Assembly (NCBI GenBank): GCA_041484665.1
Contig: JBGPIA010000001.1
Coordinates: 384,001-448,000, forward strand
Origin: Candidatus Krumholzibacteriia bacterium
Lineage (GTDB): Bacteria; Krumholzibacteriota; Krumholzibacteriia; JAJRXK01
Reading direction: 5' to 3'
Length of the DNA stretch: 64,000 nt
Shown here: one piece after another, positions 51,414-62,400 of the stretch
How positions within the stretch are numbered: position 1 is the first letter of the stretch
Layout: each line of letters starts with the position of its first letter
Program-made: the position numbers and the translations under genes
Notes under the pieces: generated by a model
Databases searched by the model: none
The model's input: only the letters and a program-made list of their open reading frames with translations
What the model was told of the DNA's origin: nothing

Positions 51414-52832
51414 ATGGACAGCAAGCGTACCGGATCGTTTATCGAGGGAGTGTGGGACAAGTCCATCGTCCCGAAGCTCTGCGACTACATCAAGATCCCC
51501 AACCTCTCGCCCATGTTCGACCCGAGCTGGGAGCGCGCCGGCCACATGGACAGGGCCGTCGAGCTCATCGCCGACTGGTGCAAGGGGCAGGGCATCAAGG
51601 GGCTCACGCTCGAGGTGATCCGCGAAAAGGGGCGTACGCCCTTGATCTTCATGGACGTGCCCGGCGACGCCGGGGACACCGTCATGCTCTACGGGCACCT
51701 CGACAAGCAGCCGCCCATGACCGGATGGAGCGAAGGGCTGGGCCCGTTCACGCCAGTGATCCGCGATGGCCGACTCTACGGGCGCGGCGGCGCCGACGAC
51801 GGCTACGCGGCATTCTGCGCCGTCACCGCGCTGAAGGCGCTGCAGGAGCAAGGTGTACGGCGCGCGCGGTGCGTAATCCTGATCGAGGCCTGTGAGGAGA
51901 GCGGCAGCGATGACCTTCCGTACTACGTCGACGCACTGGCCGCCCGCATCGGGACCCCCAGCCTGGTGGTCTGCCTCGACTCGGGGTGCGGCGACTACGA
52001 GCGGCTGTGGTGCACGACGTCGCTGCGTGGCTTGGTGATCGGCAAGCTCCAGGTCGAGCTGCTCCACGAGGGCGTACACTCCGGCGAGGGCAGCGGGGTG
52101 GTCGCCTCGAGCTTCCGCGTAGCCCGCTCGCTGCTCAGCAGGCTGGAGGACGAGCAGACCGGCGAGATCCGGCCGCGGGAGTTCCACGCTGAGATCTCAG
52201 CGCAGCGCCGCAAGCAGACGGCAGCCGTCACCAGCGTGCTGGGCCAAGATCTCGTCGACAAGCTGCCGCTGCACCCGGGCGTCAAGCCGGTCACGTCCGA
52301 TCTGACGGAGCTGCAGCTCAACCGCACGTGGCGGCCGGCGCTCTCCATCACGGGCCAGGACGGGATCCCGCCCTACCAAAGCGGCGGCAACGTGCTGCGC
52401 CCGCTGACCGCGCTCAAGCTCTCGCTGCGCCTGCCGCCCTCCGTTGACGCCGATGCGGCGTCGGCGCGCCTCAAGCAGCTGCTGGAGAAGGACCCGCCGT
52501 ACGGCGCCAAGGTGACGTTCGAGCCCGAGAGCCCCGGCAGCGGATGGGCCGCGCCCGATCTTGCGCCGTGGCTGGAGCAGTCCGTCGACAGCGCCTCGGA
52601 GCGCTATTTCGGCAAGTCAGCCTGCTACATGGGCGAGGGTGGCTCGATCCCCTTCATGGGGATGCTCGGCCTCAAGTTCCCCAAGGCGCAGTTCCTGGTG
52701 ACCGGCGTACTGGGCCCTCAGAGCAATGCGCATGGGCCCAACGAGTTCCTCGACATCCCAACCGGCAAGCGCCTGACCTCCTGCGTCGCGCAGGTGCTCG
52801 CCGACCATGCAGCGCAGCTGAAAGGGCGCTGA
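51414..52832 (+). CDS. M20 metallopeptidase (dipeptidase/ArgE-DapE-like)
   Basis: AGGAGG RBS; 'YGHLDKQP', 'GRGGADDG', 'EESGS', 'HSG', 'GGSIP', 'NAHGPNE'. Confidence 0.92.
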   Translation: MDSKRTGSFIEGVWDKSIVPKLCDYIKIPNLSPMFDPSWERAGHMDRAVELIADWCKGQGIKGLTLEVIREKGRTPLIFMDVPGDAGDTVMLYGHLDKQPPMTGWSEGLGPFTPVIRDGRLYGRGGADDGYAAFCAVTALKALQEQGVRRARCVILIEACEESGSDDLPYYVDALAARIGTPSLVVCLDSGCGDYERLWCTTSLRGLVIGKLQVELLHEGVHSGEGSGVVASSFRVARSLLSRLEDEQTGEIRPREFHAEISAQRRKQTAAVTSVLGQDLVDKLPLHPGVKPVTSDLTELQLNRTWRPALSITGQDGIPPYQSGGNVLRPLTALKLSLRLPPSVDADAASARLKQLLEKDPPYGAKVTFEPESPGSGWAAPDLAPWLEQSVDSASERYFGKSACYMGEGGSIPFMGMLGLKFPKAQFLVTGVLGPQSNAHGPNEFLDIPTGKRLTSCVAQVLADHAAQLKGR

Positions 52833-52857
52833 GCGAGCGCCCGGGAGGATCCCTGCC

Positions 52858-54888
52858 ATGACCCCCGGCTCTGGCCCGCTGATGCGGGCCGATCACAGCC
52901 TGCGGCAACGCTTGCGCGACCGGCCGCTCGTGGCACTCGGCCTGGCCGCACTCGCCGCCCTGGCGATTGTGATGCTAGCACGCACCGCCCCGCTCGCCGC
53001 CGACGCCGCACCCGGGCGCGCTGCGGCCGCGCCCGCACGCGACGGCCGGACCGCGTCGCCCGCGCCGCGCGCCGTTGCCCAGTACACGATCGAGGAGTTC
53101 CTCGCCACGACCAACCTGCAGGGCGCGTCGTTCTCCCCGGACCACGACAAGATCCTGCTCAGCAGCGATCAGACCGGCGTGTTCAACGCTTTCGCCGTGC
53201 CGTTGGCCGGTGGCGAGCCCGTGCAGCTCACCAACAGCACCACCAACTCGATCTTCGCCGAGTCGTACTTCCCCCATGACGAGCGCTTGCTCTACTCGAG
53301 CGATCAGGGGGGCAACGAGCTGGACCATCTCTACGTGCGCGAGCTCGACTCGAGCGTGAAGGACCTCACGCCCGGGGAGAAGCTCAAGGCCGAATTCGTG
53401 GGCTGGGCGCACGACGATAGCTCGTTCTTCATCAGGACCAACGAGCGTGACGCACGCTACTTCGACCTCTACGAGATCGCGGTCAACGGCTATGCCCGCA
53501 CCCTGGTCTACCAGGACGACACGGGCTACGAGCAAGCGACCGTGTCGCCCGACAAGCACTGGATCGCCTTCCAGAAGGTCAGCACCACCACCGACAGCGA
53601 CATCCATCTGTACGACCGGCAGAGCAAGCAGCTGCGCCCGCTCACCCCCCATCAGGGGGACGTGGTGAACCAGCCGGTGGGGTTCAGCAGCGATGGGAAG
53701 AGCCTGTACCTCATCACCGACGCCGGCAGCGAGTTCAGCTATCTGGCGAAGATGGATCTCGCCTCCGCCAACAGTGAAGTCGTGGAGAAGCCCGACTGGG
53801 ACGTCCCCTTCGTGGAGTTCAGCAAGGGGGGGCGCTACTGCGCCGTGGGCATCAACAGCGACGCGAAGACACAGATCCGGCTCTACGCCGTGGACGGTTG
53901 GAAGCCGGTGACGCTGCCGCAGCTTCCAGACGCCGAGATCTCGGCCGTGAGTATCTCGGGCGACGAGTCGACGTTTGCGTTCTACGCCAGCGCAAGCCGC
54001 CTGCCTCGCGACCTGTTCGCCTGCGCGATCGGCGGCCAGAGCGCCCGCCAGCTCACCCACTCGCTGACCCACAAGATCGATCCACAGGATCTGGCCGAGC
54101 CTAAAGTCGTGCGCTTCTCGAGCTACGACGGCGTAGAGGTCCCCGGGATCCTGTACAAGCCGTACGGCGCCAGCCCCCAGTCCAAGGTGCCCGCGCTGGT
54201 CTGGGTGCACGGTGGCCCCGGCGGCCAGGCCCGCGTGGGCTACCTAGCGCTGATCCAGTACCTCGTCAATCACGGCTACGTCGTGTACTCGATCAACAAC
54301 CGTGGCAGCTCGGGTTACGGGAAGACATTCTTCAAGATGGACGACCGCAAGCACGGCGAGGCCGACCTGGGCGACTGCATCGCCAGCAAGACGATGCTGA
54401 TCGACACCGGGTACGTGGACCCGGCGCGCATCGGGATCCTGGGCGGCAGCTACGGCGGATTCATGACGCTGGCGGCGCTGGCTTTCCACCCCGACGAGTT
54501 CGCCGCAGGCGTGGATCTCTTCGGCGTGGCCAACTGGGTCCGCACCTTGCAGAGCATGCCCGCGTGGTGGGAGTCCATCCGCAAGGCGCTCTACGTCGAG
54601 CTGGGCGACCCCGTCACGGACGGCGAGCGGCTGCACCGCATCTCACCCTTGTTCTCGGCGGGCAACATCAAGAAGCCGCTGCTGGTGCTCCAAGGCAAGA
54701 ACGATCCGCGCGTGCTCAAGCAGGAATCCGACGACATGGTGGCCGCTGCGCGCGGCAATGGCGCCACCGTCGAGTACCTCGTCTTCGATGACGAGGGGCA
54801 CGGCTTCGTCAAGAAGGAGAACCAGGTGCGCGGCTACAAGGCCGTGCTGGACTTCCTGGACAAGTACCTCAAGGGATCGGCGATGTAG
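52858..54888 (+). CDS. Secreted S9 peptidase (acylaminoacyl/dipeptidyl peptidase-like)
   Basis: Beta-propeller N-terminal half; 'VHGGP', 'GGSYGG', 'NDPRV', 'DEGHGF'. Confidence 0.93.
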   Translation: MTPGSGPLMRADHSLRQRLRDRPLVALGLAALAALAIVMLARTAPLAADAAPGRAAAAPARDGRTASPAPRAVAQYTIEEFLATTNLQGASFSPDHDKILLSSDQTGVFNAFAVPLAGGEPVQLTNSTTNSIFAESYFPHDERLLYSSDQGGNELDHLYVRELDSSVKDLTPGEKLKAEFVGWAHDDSSFFIRTNERDARYFDLYEIAVNGYARTLVYQDDTGYEQATVSPDKHWIAFQKVSTTTDSDIHLYDRQSKQLRPLTPHQGDVVNQPVGFSSDGKSLYLITDAGSEFSYLAKMDLASANSEVVEKPDWDVPFVEFSKGGRYCAVGINSDAKTQIRLYAVDGWKPVTLPQLPDAEISAVSISGDESTFAFYASASRLPRDLFACAIGGQSARQLTHSLTHKIDPQDLAEPKVVRFSSYDGVEVPGILYKPYGASPQSKVPALVWVHGGPGGQARVGYLALIQYLVNHGYVVYSINNRGSSGYGKTFFKMDDRKHGEADLGDCIASKTMLIDTGYVDPARIGILGGSYGGFMTLAALAFHPDEFAAGVDLFGVANWVRTLQSMPAWWESIRKALYVELGDPVTDGERLHRISPLFSAGNIKKPLLVLQGKNDPRVLKQESDDMVAAARGNGATVEYLVFDDEGHGFVKKENQVRGYKAVLDFLDKYLKGSAM

Positions 54889-54942
54889 CGATCTGCCCGC
54901 TCCCGCCTCGCTGTCGGCGCGCTGCCCGAGCTCTGCAGCGCA

Positions 54943-55740
54943 TCAGGCGGGCGCTCCAGCGCCGTCAGCCCCCGGTGCGAATCGCTCCGCCAGGCGGAAG
55001 AAGTTCCCGAACACCGTTCGCGCCAGCGCGCTGCTGTCCACCGCCTCGCGCAGCAGGGCCTGTGGATCGAGCTTCAGCTCGGGATGACGCTGCGCGCGGG
55101 AGTGGCAGAGCTCGCTGGTGTCCTGCGCCGGCAGCTCGGCATGGAATTGCACGCCCCACACGGGCTGGCCCGGCACGCGCAACGACTGCACGGCGCACTG
55201 CTGCGACCGCGCGAGCACGGTCAATCCCGCACCGCGCACCGCGCCGTCGACCACCTCATCCTCGTGCGACAGGAACGTCGTGAAGCGCGGCCCGGCCCCG
55301 GCCAGCAACGGATCGTCGTGCAGCACCTCGATCTGCTTCCACCCGATCTCGGGCTGGCGCGCCTTGCGTACGGCGGCCGGGCCGGCCAGCGCGTACGCGA
55401 TCGCCTGGTGCCCGAAGCACACGCCAAACATCGGCACACGTGCCGTAGCCGCCGCGCGGATCGCTGCCAGCACGCGCTCCACCCACGGGATGCCGGCAAG
55501 TACCGACGCCGCCGAGCCCGTGAGCACCAGCCCCGCGTAGCGGTCGACGCCCGCCGGCAGCCCACCGGGCAGCCGGTCGTGCGCGGCGCGGACGACCTCC
55601 GCGCGGCGTCCCTGGAACAATGGCAGGAATGCCGGAGCGGCGCCCGCTTCATCCACGTAGCAGTCCACCAGCAGGTATGGCTTGTCCGTCCCGGGCGCCC
55701 TTGCGCCCGGCGCTCCGCTCACGCCTCCACTGGCACGCAC
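54943..55740 (-). CDS. Class I glutamine amidotransferase-like protein
   Basis: 'LTGS', nucleophile 'GVCFGHQ', 'QFHAE'. Confidence 0.85.
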   Translation of the reverse strand: MRASGGVSGAPGARAPGTDKPYLLVDCYVDEAGAAPAFLPLFQGRRAEVVRAAHDRLPGGLPAGVDRYAGLVLTGSAASVLAGIPWVERVLAAIRAAATARVPMFGVCFGHQAIAYALAGPAAVRKARQPEIGWKQIEVLHDDPLLAGAGPRFTTFLSHEDEVVDGAVRGAGLTVLARSQQCAVQSLRVPGQPVWGVQFHAELPAQDTSELCHSRAQRHPELKLDPQALLREAVDSSALARTVFGNFFRLAERFAPGADGAGAPA

Positions 55741-56786
55741 TCGAGCTCCATCAACTCCCCATGGCGCAGGATCGACAGGCGTACCGGCTGTGGCGGCCCG
55801 TCATTGCGTAGCAGCCCGGTCAGGATGCGATGGATCCCGTCGACGTCGGCCACGTTCCGGCCGTCCAGGGCGTAGATCAGGTCCCCGCCGCGGATCCCGG
55901 CGCGCTGGGCGGGCCCGTCCGCCTCGACCGCCATCACCTGCACCGCGGCCGCCGCATCGAGCTCGAGATGCCGCTGGATGCGGCGGTTGATCGGACGGCT
56001 CTGGGCGCTGATCCCCAGGTAGGCGCGGCGTACCTTGCCGCGGGTCACGAGCTCACTGACCACCCAACGCGCCGTGTTCACCGGGATCGCGAACGAGATC
56101 CCCTGCGCCATGAAGATCATTGCCGTATTGATCCCGACCACGCGCCCGCGGCTGTCCACGAGCGGCCCGCCGGAGTTGCCGGGGTTGAGCGCCACGTCGG
56201 TCTGGATCACGTTGTCGATGAGGCGCCCGGACGTGCTGCGCAGGCCACGGCCCAAGGCGGAGATGACGCCGGTGGACACGGTGCTCTGGAATCCCAGCGG
56301 GTTGCCAATGGCGATCACCAGCTGCCCCACGCGCAGCTGGCCGGAGTCACCCAGCGTGGCGCTGGGGAGGCTGGCCTCATTGGCGCGGACGATCGCCAGA
56401 TCGCTGGCCGGGTCGCTGCCCACCACCTGCGCGCCGCAGACGCGCCCGTCGGTGAGGCTCACCTCCACGGACTGCGCGCCGTCGACCACGTGGTGATTGG
56501 TCAGGACGAATCCATCGGGGGCGATGATCACGCCCGAGCCAGCGCCCCCGCCTTCGCCGCTACGGCCCTGCCCCGGGCTGCGCCGGCGCACTGCGATGCC
56601 CACCACCGCTGGGCCGACCGCTTCGACGACGCGCACCACGGCGCGCGAATAGGCGTCCAGCAGCTCGTCGTCGGTGTCCGCGTGCAAGCGGTGCAGGGGC
56701 TTCGGTTGGGGTGCGGGCTGGGGGCGGGCAGGCGAGGCCGGCCCGGATGGCTCGCCGCCTTGCAGTGCGGTCGCACGATCGCGCAT
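55719..56786 (-). CDS. HtrA/DegP-like serine protease with one PDZ domain
   Basis: AGGAGG RBS; 'GSG', 'LTNHHVV', 'DLA', 'IQTDVALNPGNSGGPL'; PDZ; no obvious signal peptide. Confidence 0.92.
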   Translation of the reverse strand: MRDRATALQGGEPSGPASPARPQPAPQPKPLHRLHADTDDELLDAYSRAVVRVVEAVGPAVVGIAVRRRSPGQGRSGEGGGAGSGVIIAPDGFVLTNHHVVDGAQSVEVSLTDGRVCGAQVVGSDPASDLAIVRANEASLPSATLGDSGQLRVGQLVIAIGNPLGFQSTVSTGVISALGRGLRSTSGRLIDNVIQTDVALNPGNSGGPLVDSRGRVVGINTAMIFMAQGISFAIPVNTARWVVSELVTRGKVRRAYLGISAQSRPINRRIQRHLELDAAAAVQVMAVEADGPAQRAGIRGGDLIYALDGRNVADVDGIHRILTGLLRNDGPPQPVRLSILRHGELMELECVPVEA

Positions 56787-56866
56787 GGCTGTCCTCCTGG
56801 CAGGGGGGTCGGGTCCCCGGGCTCGGAGCACAAGCTAATGCGGGCGGCGCGCTCCGCCCGGCGCCG

Positions 56867-57949
56867 TCAGCGCATGCCCGCAAACTGGAGGTGCGTCTCG
56901 AGGGCCCGCAGCCGGTTGTAGAAGACGTCGACGTCGCGCCCCCGTGCCACCTTCGCCTCCGCTTCGAGCCCGCGCAGCGCCTCGGCCGCACGGCGGCCGG
57001 CCTGGCCGTGGTGCTCGAAGAAGCGCTCGCGGTAGTGTGCGCGCTGCTGGGCGAACCGCTCGGGGTGCGCCAGCGCGCCCTCCACGGCGGCGCACAGCTC
57101 CTGCGGTTGCACCACGCGCGGCGCAAAGTCGCGGTAGAGGCGCTCCACGTCCTCCGTCGCGTCAAGGTCCGGATTGTCGAGCAGGACGACGGGCCGGTCG
57201 ATGGCGCAGGCCTCGAAGGCCACGCCGCTGTAGTCCGTGACGACGGCGTCGGCCGCCACCACGGTGGCGATGGAGGCATCCGCTTCGTCGATCCAGCGGA
57301 AGCGCAGCGGGAGCGTCGTGAAGCGCTCGCGCTCGGCGACATACGACACGGGGTGCAGCTGCAGCAGCAGGTCGATACTTCCCGACAGCCCGGCGAAGGC
57401 CGCAGCGACGCGCTCGACGGCGCAGTCGCTCCCAAAGGTCGGAGCGTAGAGCACGACGGTCCGGTCGGGGGGGATTCCCAGCTGGGTGCGGGCCCGCGCC
57501 CGCGTCAGGACGCCGTTGAATACGTCGTCGAGCTTGGGATACCCGACCACCTCCGTGCGCACGCCGTGGCGCGCCAGCAGGTCACGCCCGAAGCGCGAGG
57601 CCACCAGTACGCAGTCGTACTCGGCGTTCTTGGCCGAGTACGTGTACTGCTTGCTGATCACCGCGTACTGCATCCGCACGAGACGGCAGTACCGCGCCGA
57701 TACCGGCCGCGGCTTGATGATCGGCAGCGTGGCCAGCAGATGGGGCTCCAGGATGAGCTCGCCGTGGGCGGCCTTGATCCCCCGCGCCTGCAGCCAGCCT
57801 AGGGTGCGGCGCACCCCCGCAGCGCCCTCCCCACGCTCGGCGCGCGTCCAGAACGGTACGACGTGCACCTGGGCGTCCTGCAAGTGCCGCAACACGGGCT
57901 CCCAGTTGTGGTAATCCCACGGCTCACTGACGTAGAAAGTCATGGACAT
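56867..57949 (-). CDS. CDP-glycerol:glycerophosphotransferase (TagB/TagF) family protein
   Basis: 'GYPKLD', 'LYAPTF', 'LHP', 'VTDYSGVAFE', 'RPVV'. Confidence 0.8.
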   Translation of the reverse strand: MSMTFYVSEPWDYHNWEPVLRHLQDAQVHVVPFWTRAERGEGAAGVRRTLGWLQARGIKAAHGELILEPHLLATLPIIKPRPVSARYCRLVRMQYAVISKQYTYSAKNAEYDCVLVASRFGRDLLARHGVRTEVVGYPKLDDVFNGVLTRARARTQLGIPPDRTVVLYAPTFGSDCAVERVAAAFAGLSGSIDLLLQLHPVSYVAERERFTTLPLRFRWIDEADASIATVVAADAVVTDYSGVAFEACAIDRPVVLLDNPDLDATEDVERLYRDFAPRVVQPQELCAAVEGALAHPERFAQQRAHYRERFFEHHGQAGRRAAEALRGLEAEAKVARGRDVDVFYNRLRALETHLQFAGMR

Positions 57950-58734
57950 GGAGCGGACTCCTCGGCGGGCCTGGGTTCAATCCCCGCCGCCCGGACGCGG
58001 GGGAGCCGCGCCACGGCCAGGTGCTTGAGCACGGGATGGATGACCGTGAACGTCCGCCCCGCGCCTTGATCCTGCGCGGCGGGCGCGTGGCCGCCGGCCG
58101 CGCCAAGCTGCTGCAGCGCCTCCACCAGCACGACCGCGCGGATCCACGCATCGTAGACGAAGTCGAGATCGCGGGGGTCGATCCCGCACGGCGCCGCAAA
58201 CCTGCGCCTGACCAGGATCGGCCCACTGTCCAGCTGTGGCTGCATGAAGAACGCCGTCGCCCCCAGCGCCCCCGTGAGCAGCAAGCTGTAGAAGATGCAG
58301 GTGCTACCCCGCAATTGGGGCAGCGGCCCGGGGTGGACGTGAAGCCAGCGCCGCGCCGCGGCGAGCGCCTCCGCGCGCAAGACACCGCCCCCGCTGAACA
58401 CGGCGACGTCGGCGCGGCGGCGCGCCACGGCCGTGACGACCGCAGGGTCGTTCACATCGGCCGCTGCGATCTCCGAGCTGGCCAGCCCCGCGCGTGCCAG
58501 CGTCGCGCGCAACGAGAGCGCGGGATCGAACGCGTCCGCCGGCGCGCGCCCCCAGCGCGGATCCGTCACGTCTGCCGCCTGCCGACCCAGCAGCAGCACG
58601 TGGTCGGGCGCCACGCCCGCTGCCAGCATCATCTGGAGGTAGCCGCGCGCCCGCAGTCCTGGATACGCCACCAGGAGCACCCGGTCGCCAGGGCCGTGCT
58701 TTGCGCCCTCGCGCTGCTGCCGCGCGCCGGTCAT
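57940..58734 (-). CDS. Formyltransferase-like protein
   Basis: 'DVND', 'HVHPGPLPQLRGS', 'LDSGPIL' match the formyl_trans_N pattern. Confidence 0.7.
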   Translation of the reverse strand: MTGARQQREGAKHGPGDRVLLVAYPGLRARGYLQMMLAAGVAPDHVLLLGRQAADVTDPRWGRAPADAFDPALSLRATLARAGLASSEIAAADVNDPAVVTAVARRRADVAVFSGGGVLRAEALAAARRWLHVHPGPLPQLRGSTCIFYSLLLTGALGATAFFMQPQLDSGPILVRRRFAAPCGIDPRDLDFVYDAWIRAVVLVEALQQLGAAGGHAPAAQDQGAGRTFTVIHPVLKHLAVARLPRVRAAGIEPRPAEESAPCP

Positions 58735-59489
58735 ACGTTCTCCTCGCGCGGCCACGCAGCAACGGCGTCGATCAGCGTGCGCTCGAGAACCAGGCCTGCC
58801 TGCCCGGCGAGCGCGTCGAGGGGTGCGAGCTCCCAGAGCCCCGCCTCCACCCGCGCGCCAATGAGGTCGACCAGCTGGAGCAGCGCGTTGGCGGCCACCA
58901 GCGCGGCGGGGCGGTCGTGCTGCACGCAGGAGTGGCCGCGCCAGCCGGCGGCCAGCGCGAGCCAGGCGTAGACGGCAGGGGCGTCGCTGCGGTCCCCGAC
59001 CCGCCGCAGCTGCGCGTCGTAGCGGTCGAAAACGCGGCGACGGACCTCGAATCTGCGCAACAGCCGCTCGACCATGGTGACCGTCCAGATGACGTGCGCT
59101 CCCCCACCGGCCAGGCTCCTCCCGCGTGGCAAGCAGGCCGTTAGGATGTCCTGCAGCAGCGTGACGGTGACTGCCGAGCCGTCTGCGGCGAGCGCGCCGT
59201 CCCAGGCTGCCCGCGCGCGCGCCAGGTCGTGCTCGAGGGCGGGCTCGGGCCCGTCCGCCGCCGGGCGCGCCTGGTTGGAGGTCAAGGGCTGCAGCGTCGC
59301 GCGCCAAGCATTGGGGATGTGCGCGGCAGTGCTCGCCGCCGCGGACACGGACGCGCGCAGGCGCGCCTCGAGCGCGCGGCGTGCCCGCAGCCAGCGCGCC
59401 AGGAAGCTGCCGTCCTCCACCGGCGCGTAGCTGTAGGGCGAGGGCTGTCGCAGCCCGGCCGCGGTCTGGTAGACGTACTCAGAGGGCAC
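58731..59489 (-). CDS. Hypothetical protein, translationally coupled within the operon
   Basis: Overlaps both neighbours; 252-aa ORF with aromatic motifs 'YSYAP', 'RFEV.RRVFDRYD', 'NALLQLVD'. Confidence 0.65.
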   Translation of the reverse strand: MPSEYVYQTAAGLRQPSPYSYAPVEDGSFLARWLRARRALEARLRASVSAAASTAAHIPNAWRATLQPLTSNQARPAADGPEPALEHDLARARAAWDGALAADGSAVTVTLLQDILTACLPRGRSLAGGGAHVIWTVTMVERLLRRFEVRRRVFDRYDAQLRRVGDRSDAPAVYAWLALAAGWRGHSCVQHDRPAALVAANALLQLVDLIGARVEAGLWELAPLDALAGQAGLVLERTLIDAVAAWPREENV

Positions 59490-62400
59490 GGACCACCTCG
59501 GCGCCGCAATCGAGCTCGATGCCGCGCGCCCGCACCAGGCGCGCGTAGTGCGCCTCGCCGCAGCCGATGGCTGCGGGCAGGCCCAGCTCCGCGCAACGCA
59601 CGGTCATGTGGGAGTTGGCGCCGCCGTAGCACGTCACCAGTCCCGCGATGCCGCGACCGAAGATCCAGTCGTAGCCCGGGTCCGCGCCTTCGATCACTGC
59701 GATCTTGCCGCGCAAGTCTAGGCCCGGGTCACCACCATGGGGATCGAGCGCGACGGCCGCGGCCTGCACGCGCTCCCCGGTGACGAAGTTGGGCCGGCCC
59801 GCGGGCAGCACAACGACCTCCAGGTCGTCCTCGCCTGTGATCAGCGGCGGCAGCAGGACACGCGAGGTCACCGCACGGTGCAGCCGCGCGTCCGCGATAC
59901 GCCGGGCAAGGTGGTCGGCGCCGTGCGCCGGCGCAGAGCGCTGCGCCACAGCGAGAATGTCGTCCACCTCCAGCAGTGCGACGTCCTCGCGCGAGAAGCC
60001 CAGCCGCTCGCCCCATTGGGCGATCAGCTCCAGCGCCCAGCTCAGGTTGCGCGTGAACGCGAACTTGGCGTGCTCGCGCGCACCGAGACTCGCCCGCGCG
60101 AAGTCCAGGAGCTCTGTGGCGGGTACGTCCAGCTCCAGCTCGGCGAGCACGCGGTCGATCTCCGCCAGCGTGCGCGCGGGCAGGGCCAGCGCGTCTTGGC
60201 CCAAGCGCGCGGCCGAGCTCGCCCGCCCGTCGGCGGCGCCGCCCGCGTGGGCGGTCGGCGCATCGCCGGGTGATGCGGAGGCGGGCGACCCATCACCCTG
60301 CGACGGCACCTCCAGCCCCGGAAAGTAGGTGTCGAACGCCTGGTCGTAACGCGGCGATAGGATGTCATAGGAGCCCGGACGCAGGTGGCCGTAGCGCGCC
60401 AGGAACGCCCCCCGCTCGACCCGGCCCGCGCGCAGCGCGTCCAGATCGTCCAGCAATTGCGCGCTTACCGTGTGGATACCCCCCAGATACAGGTCGAGCT
60501 GCTGCGCTGGGAGCGCCCCGCGGTCGCGCAGCGAGCGCAGCAGCGCCGTGGCGATGAACGCGTAGCGGGCGAGCGCCGCGAACGGGATCGTCCCGTCGCG
60601 CACGGTGGATTCCAGCAGCGTGGCCAGCGCCATGGGGTGATCCAGCGGGTCGCGGGCGTGTCGCAGCAGATCGTCGCAGCGGGGGGCGAGTCGCTCGACG
60701 GCCGCCAGCAGCGCGGCCACGCGCTCGCGCCACGAGTGCAGGAGATCCGCGGTGAGCGTACGCAGCGCCGCGCGCAGCGGCGCTACGTCGGACTCGAGCA
60801 GGCCGTGCTCCCGCAACCGGACCGCCGACGCCCCGTAGCCCGCGTCCAGGCAGGTCGGGAACACCTCGAACTCGATCTTGTCGTGCAACTGCGGGCGAGC
60901 GCGCAGCAGCGCGAGTCCCGCGTCGATCACCCGCGTGCCGCACGCGGGGTCGAGGCCGGCCGGCAGCAGCGTGTTCGCGCTGCAGCGCACGTCGACGTAC
61001 GGGCGATCGGCCAGTGTGACCATCAGGCGGTGCCCGACGGCGTCGCGGTAGCCCAGCGCCGTGCGCGCGACGCGCCACGCCCGGTCGGTGATGAGCGCCT
61101 CGTAGAGCGACCGGGCCAGGGGCGCGGGGAACGCCCCGATCACCTCGGCCGGGTTCCAGTCGGGCATCTGTCCGAACACCGTGCTGCCGCCCAGCAGGCC
61201 CGGCCTCGGCCGCATGCGGCGACGCACCAGATCGCGCACGGCCGCGAGCTCGGCGCCGTGCGCCTGGCGGTCCACGGGCGCCCAGCGGGCGCTGGCAGCG
61301 ATGGGACGTACCTGCAGCACGTGCAGCGTGCCGTCGGCGGTGAAGGCGAATTCCACGTCCAGGGCGTCGGAGCCGGTGATCGACTCCAGCTCGCCCGCCG
61401 CGCGCAGCAGACAACCCACGCGCGCGTCTACGCGGGGGCGCACTGCGCCACGGTAGACGAGCACGGTGCGCGTCACGGCCGCTACGCCGGAAGTAACGGC
61501 GTCGGTGCGACCGCTGCCCTCGTCGTAGTGCACAACCGTGTAGTCGGCGCCGGTGTCCAGGTCGCGCGTCATCATGACGCCGCCCATCACGACATCCTGC
61601 AGGCATGGTTGCACGAGGATCTGGTCGGCTTCGCCGCCACCGTCGCGATCCAAGCTGGCCACCACCGTCTCCACCGCGTCGCGGATCGCGTCCGCATCGT
61701 CGGCCGCCACACCCAGGACGGTGCGATAGTGACCGGCGTGGCTGGCCTGGGCAGCGTCCTCGCGCAGCGCGCTGCTGCGTACGGCCAGTGCCCCCTCGCC
61801 GAAGCGCTCCGTCAGCGCGCGGGTGACTCCCGCCGGATCCGCCTGCCATTGGCCGACGCGCACGACCATCCCATCGCCGACGCGCGCCTCCTGCAGCAGC
61901 GGGCGCAGCCGTTGCAACGTCTCGCCCTTGGTGCCGAACACGAAGCGCGCCAGGTCGCCCGGCGCGTCCACCTCGGCCCAGTCCCCACCGATCTCCACCA
62001 GGTCGATGCGGCTGCCCTGCTCGATCAGCTCCTGCAGCAGGTCGCTGAGGCAGGCGTTGTCGAGATTGCTGGCTTTGCGGTAGGGCCGGTCGCGGTACAC
62101 CGAGCGCAACGCGTCATAGGCGCTGCGCACCGCCGCCGCCCCGTCGGCGCTCAAGCGCGCCAGCCCGATGAACTCGCCGGTGATCTCGCCGTCGACGGGG
62201 AGGTCCTTGCCGATGCGCGCCACGCGCCCGCCGCGCACGAGCACCTTCTCCGCATTGCGCAGGCGGTCTTGCCCGCGGCGCTCATTGCGGCGGCGCCAGG
62301 TGGTGTCCACGGCCAGCACGATATCGCCCGCAGCCGCCCGCAGCGCGGCGGCGACCGCCGGCCGGTAGACGATGTCGCCGTAGGACAGGATCAAAGGCCC

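Noticed and set aside
57966..57995. GGGTTCAATCCCCGCCGCC resembles a tRNA/tmRNA T-arm and 3' end
   Set aside because: It lies inside the formyltransferase-like CDS on the opposite strand; no D or anticodon arm, no CCA, no integrase nearby
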